In this document: in pieces, positions 61,828-64,000 of the stretch
How the letters are laid out: every line of letters starts with the position of its first letter
Numbering within the stretch: the first letter of the stretch is position 1
Source: an uncultured Candidatus Binatia bacterium
Lineage (GTDB): Bacteria; Desulfobacterota; Binatia; Bin18
Reading direction: 5' to 3'
DNA: 64,000 nucleotides
Assembly (NCBI GenBank): GCA_965214605.1
Contig: OZ243961.1
Location: 2,880,001 to 2,944,000 of the forward strand
Notes under the pieces: generated by a model
What the model was told of the DNA's origin: nothing
Database searches by the model: none
What the model saw: only the letters and a program-made list of their open reading frames with translations
Program-made: the position numbers and the translations under genes

Positions 61828-61858
61828 GGGATTTTTGGTACACAAGTATATAATTCCC

Positions 61859-62236
61859 AAAAGATAAGCCGGGTGCTTTGTACCAGTCAGCCGGGCGTTT
61901 GATGGAAATGTCTGGTTCTTCGTAGTGGCCGGCTGCGTCTGGCGACACGCCTTTCAATTCGTAGGCCACCCACCCCGGTACAGCTAGCAGATCGCCTACT
62001 CCATCACCGTTGTCGTCATCAGCGTGGCCGAACGAGGAGACGTAGGCCCCGAACCTTTTGATGACTTCTTTTTCGTTCGGAGCATAGCGATCATGATCGT
62101 GATCCGGCGTAGCCACGGCCGGATATGGCGAAGCGCCGCGGTGGCTCTCGCAAATAAATCGCTTTGCTGCGGCCCCGCGGCTCATACACGTGACCATCAC
62201 AGCTGCGGCCAACACGCAAAAAATGAAGCGGGTCAT
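61859..62236 (-). pseudogene. Non-specific endonuclease, N-terminal part with signal peptide
   Basis: MTRFIFCVLAAAVMVTC leader and VPGWVAYEL motif; reading frame runs into the IS target duplication. Confidence 0.82.
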
Positions 62237-62249
62237 AAGCGATTCCTAA

Positions 62250-63098
62250 TCACGCTCTCTTGGGCGTTCGGGGGCTGTCGCCTGATCCGCGCAGATTGGC
62301 GACCTTGCCCAGTAAGTCGAACCAGAAGGGGGCGCCGAGACTGACAGCCGCAATCGTCAGGAGCCAACCCACAATCAATTTGAGCCAGCCGCCCATATCC
62401 TGTGGACGGCGGTCCCAACCGATGGGAAACGTTTCCAACGCTTGCAGCGTCTTCTCCTCCAGGGCCACGGTATTCTGTTCAGCGGCCGCAACCTGCGCCT
62501 GTGCGGCGACGGACGCACGCAACGCATCGTTACGCCACAGCTCCTCGCCCATATGAATGGTACTGGCATTTGTCCCGATAGTCACCACACCCGCTATAAT
62601 AAAGATGAGCATCTTGACCCGCCGTTTGTACCATCCAGCGACCCGGTCCATGCCCTCGTCAAACCATCCGGCGAGGCTGCTATGCAGGGAGTTAGCATGC
62701 TCTTCGCTGTTGTCCATTAAAGCGTTGAGCACCTCTTTGAGGGGATTGTCTGCTTCGATCTTCCCGATAAATTGCCGGGCTTCGTTAGCTGTCTGTGTAA
62801 CAAAACTCTCCTTATCACTTTCTTTTGCAATGACCCTGAGCAATACCGTGCTGATCGTCTCGGGAGCGATGTAGGAAGGCAGGTTGTTGGGCTTAGCCAA
62901 GTTCTTGACGAGCGGATGTGCATAGACCTTTTTGGCATATTGCTCGCCTATCAGGTTCTCGATGCCAGCCCGCAGATTTTTGGAGCGAAGTTTGCACAGG
63001 CTGGCAATCCATTCCTGGATGTCTGAGGCGATCAGACTCAGGATGACATAAAAGAAAATGAGTCCGAGCGCGACATCAATGATCGGATGGTCGAGCAT
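62250..63098 (-). CDS. Hypothetical membrane protein
   Basis: IDVALGLIFFYVILSLIAS..QEWIA, WFD..MDRVAGWYKR and GWLLTIAAVSLGAPFWFDLL; several TM segments; GAGGAGG RBS. Confidence 0.8.
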   Translation of the reverse strand: MLDHPIIDVALGLIFFYVILSLIASDIQEWIASLCKLRSKNLRAGIENLIGEQYAKKVYAHPLVKNLAKPNNLPSYIAPETISTVLLRVIAKESDKESFVTQTANEARQFIGKIEADNPLKEVLNALMDNSEEHANSLHSSLAGWFDEGMDRVAGWYKRRVKMLIFIIAGVVTIGTNASTIHMGEELWRNDALRASVAAQAQVAAAEQNTVALEEKTLQALETFPIGWDRRPQDMGGWLKLIVGWLLTIAAVSLGAPFWFDLLGKVANLRGSGDSPRTPKRA

Positions 63099-63116
63099 GG
63101 CTGCCTCCTCACTGCA

Positions 63117-64000
63117 TCAGTCATCCAGGATATCTTTCAGCGTCTTGTCGGCTGGCAGGTCGCCAGCCTGCGTCGCAACTTCTGGAGCATTAAAGAGCGC
63201 GTTGCCCGGCGACCAGAGTTCCACGCTCTCAGCGTGCTCCGCAAAATACGTGGGATCGTCGGTGGTCACGCGCAGCTGCTCGGGTATGCCGGGAGCCGAC
63301 AGGCCGTATTCCCGATTCCCCAGAGGCCGGACATCGGTCCCCGGCAGCATCAACTCAGTGGACCTGATAATCCTGTCGAGGTCCTCCATAGTGACAGGAG
63401 CTGGCGCACGCGTCGGGATGGCAAGGTCCTGCTCGGTCACCGCGTCGATATCGAACCCCTCTTCCCTGGCTTCCTGCTCCTGTTGCTCAATCGCGTTTAC
63501 AACAGTGGCACGTTCCCGACCATCTCGGTTTGCTCCAGCCAGCACGGTTTGCGAAATCGTCCGGGGCACTTGGGCCAGAATCGGTTGCAAGCGACCGACC
63601 ACGGACTCGAACAAGCCGATACGACTCCTGAGCGCTCGGTACACATCGGCTTCAACTGTGCCCTCGTAGTGCAGGTTGACGATATGCACGTTCTCGTGCT
63701 GTTGGCCGAGGCGATCAATGCGGCCGATACGCTGTTCCACCTTCATCGGGTTCCACGGCATATCGTCATTGATCAGGACGCCACAAAACTGAAAATTCAG
63801 GCCCTCGGCCGCCGCGTCCGTGCAGAGCAGGACATCGGCCTCGCGGTCGCGGAACCGTTGTTTGGCCTCGTCACGTCCGATCTGATGCCAGGAGCCGTCG
63901 GCGGAGGGGACTTCTCCACCACGACCCGAGAAGCACATCAACTTCATATCCGTGTCCTGAAGGAATGCTTCTCGCAAAAAATCCATGGTGTCGGTGTACT
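63117..64000 (-). CDS. SNF2/RapA-like helicase, C-terminal part (begins beyond window)
   Basis: YTDTMDFL, LLCTDAAAEGLNFQ and DMPWNPMKVEQRIGRIDRLGQ (helicase motifs IV-VI). Confidence 0.92.
   Translation of the reverse strand, partial: YTDTMDFLREAFLQDTDMKLMCFSGRGGEVPSADGSWHQIGRDEAKQRFRDREADVLLCTDAAAEGLNFQFCGVLINDDMPWNPMKVEQRIGRIDRLGQQHENVHIVNLHYEGTVEADVYRALRSRIGLFESVVGRLQPILAQVPRTISQTVLAGANRDGRERATVVNAIEQQEQEAREEGFDIDAVTEQDLAIPTRAPAPVTMEDLDRIIRSTELMLPGTDVRPLGNREYGLSAPGIPEQLRVTTDDPTYFAEHAESVELWSPGNALFNAPEVATQAGDLPADKTLKDILDD

Larger units (their letters stand above)
59880..61858 (-). mobile_element. IS1595-family element, 1979 bp, with passenger genes
   Basis: 26-bp terminal inverted repeats GGGAATTATATACTTG(C/T)GTACCAAAA with one mismatch; 8-bp target duplication AAAAGATA at 59872-79 and 61859-66. 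Confidence 0.95.

Noticed and set aside
1-64000. CRISPR array, rRNA or tRNA genes
   Set aside because: No regularly spaced repeats or recognisable rRNA/tRNA sequence seen by eye.

Overview
GC-rich bacterial chromosomal window, called from sequence motifs only. The gene style (many CoA-transferases, luciferase-like monooxygenases, amidases, a wHTH-STAND ATPase, DUF1800/DUF1501) is reminiscent of Binatia/deltaproteobacterial genomes, but that is inference. About 1-56 kb is housekeeping and catabolic: rfbA/rfbB, glk, a bamD-moeB-thrC-like-moaD-moeB-like-cysD-cysNC sulfur operon, fabF/fabH, tcuAB, a Pif1-like helicase, two dodecins, a HEAT-repeat protein, a P450 and a Rieske oxygenase. About 56.2-64 kb is a decaying mobile/defence island: a resolvase pseudogene, back-to-back WYL (CapW-like) and SAVED-like fragments, a 1979-bp IS1595 with passenger genes inside a secreted endonuclease gene, and an SNF2 helicase. 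The most striking observation is in the sulfur operon. Its two ThiF/MoeB (E1-like) proteins have complementary defects: one has the ATP-binding motifs and conserved Cys but lacks the N-terminal RYSRQ arginine finger, the other keeps RYSRQ but lacks the ATP-binding motifs. This predicts a heterodimeric E1, organised like eukaryotic Aos1/Uba2 or APPBP1/UBA3, acting on the adjacent ubiquitin-like protein. Two intergenic regions (about 16.3-16.6 kb and 44.65-44.83 kb) look like structured RNAs.
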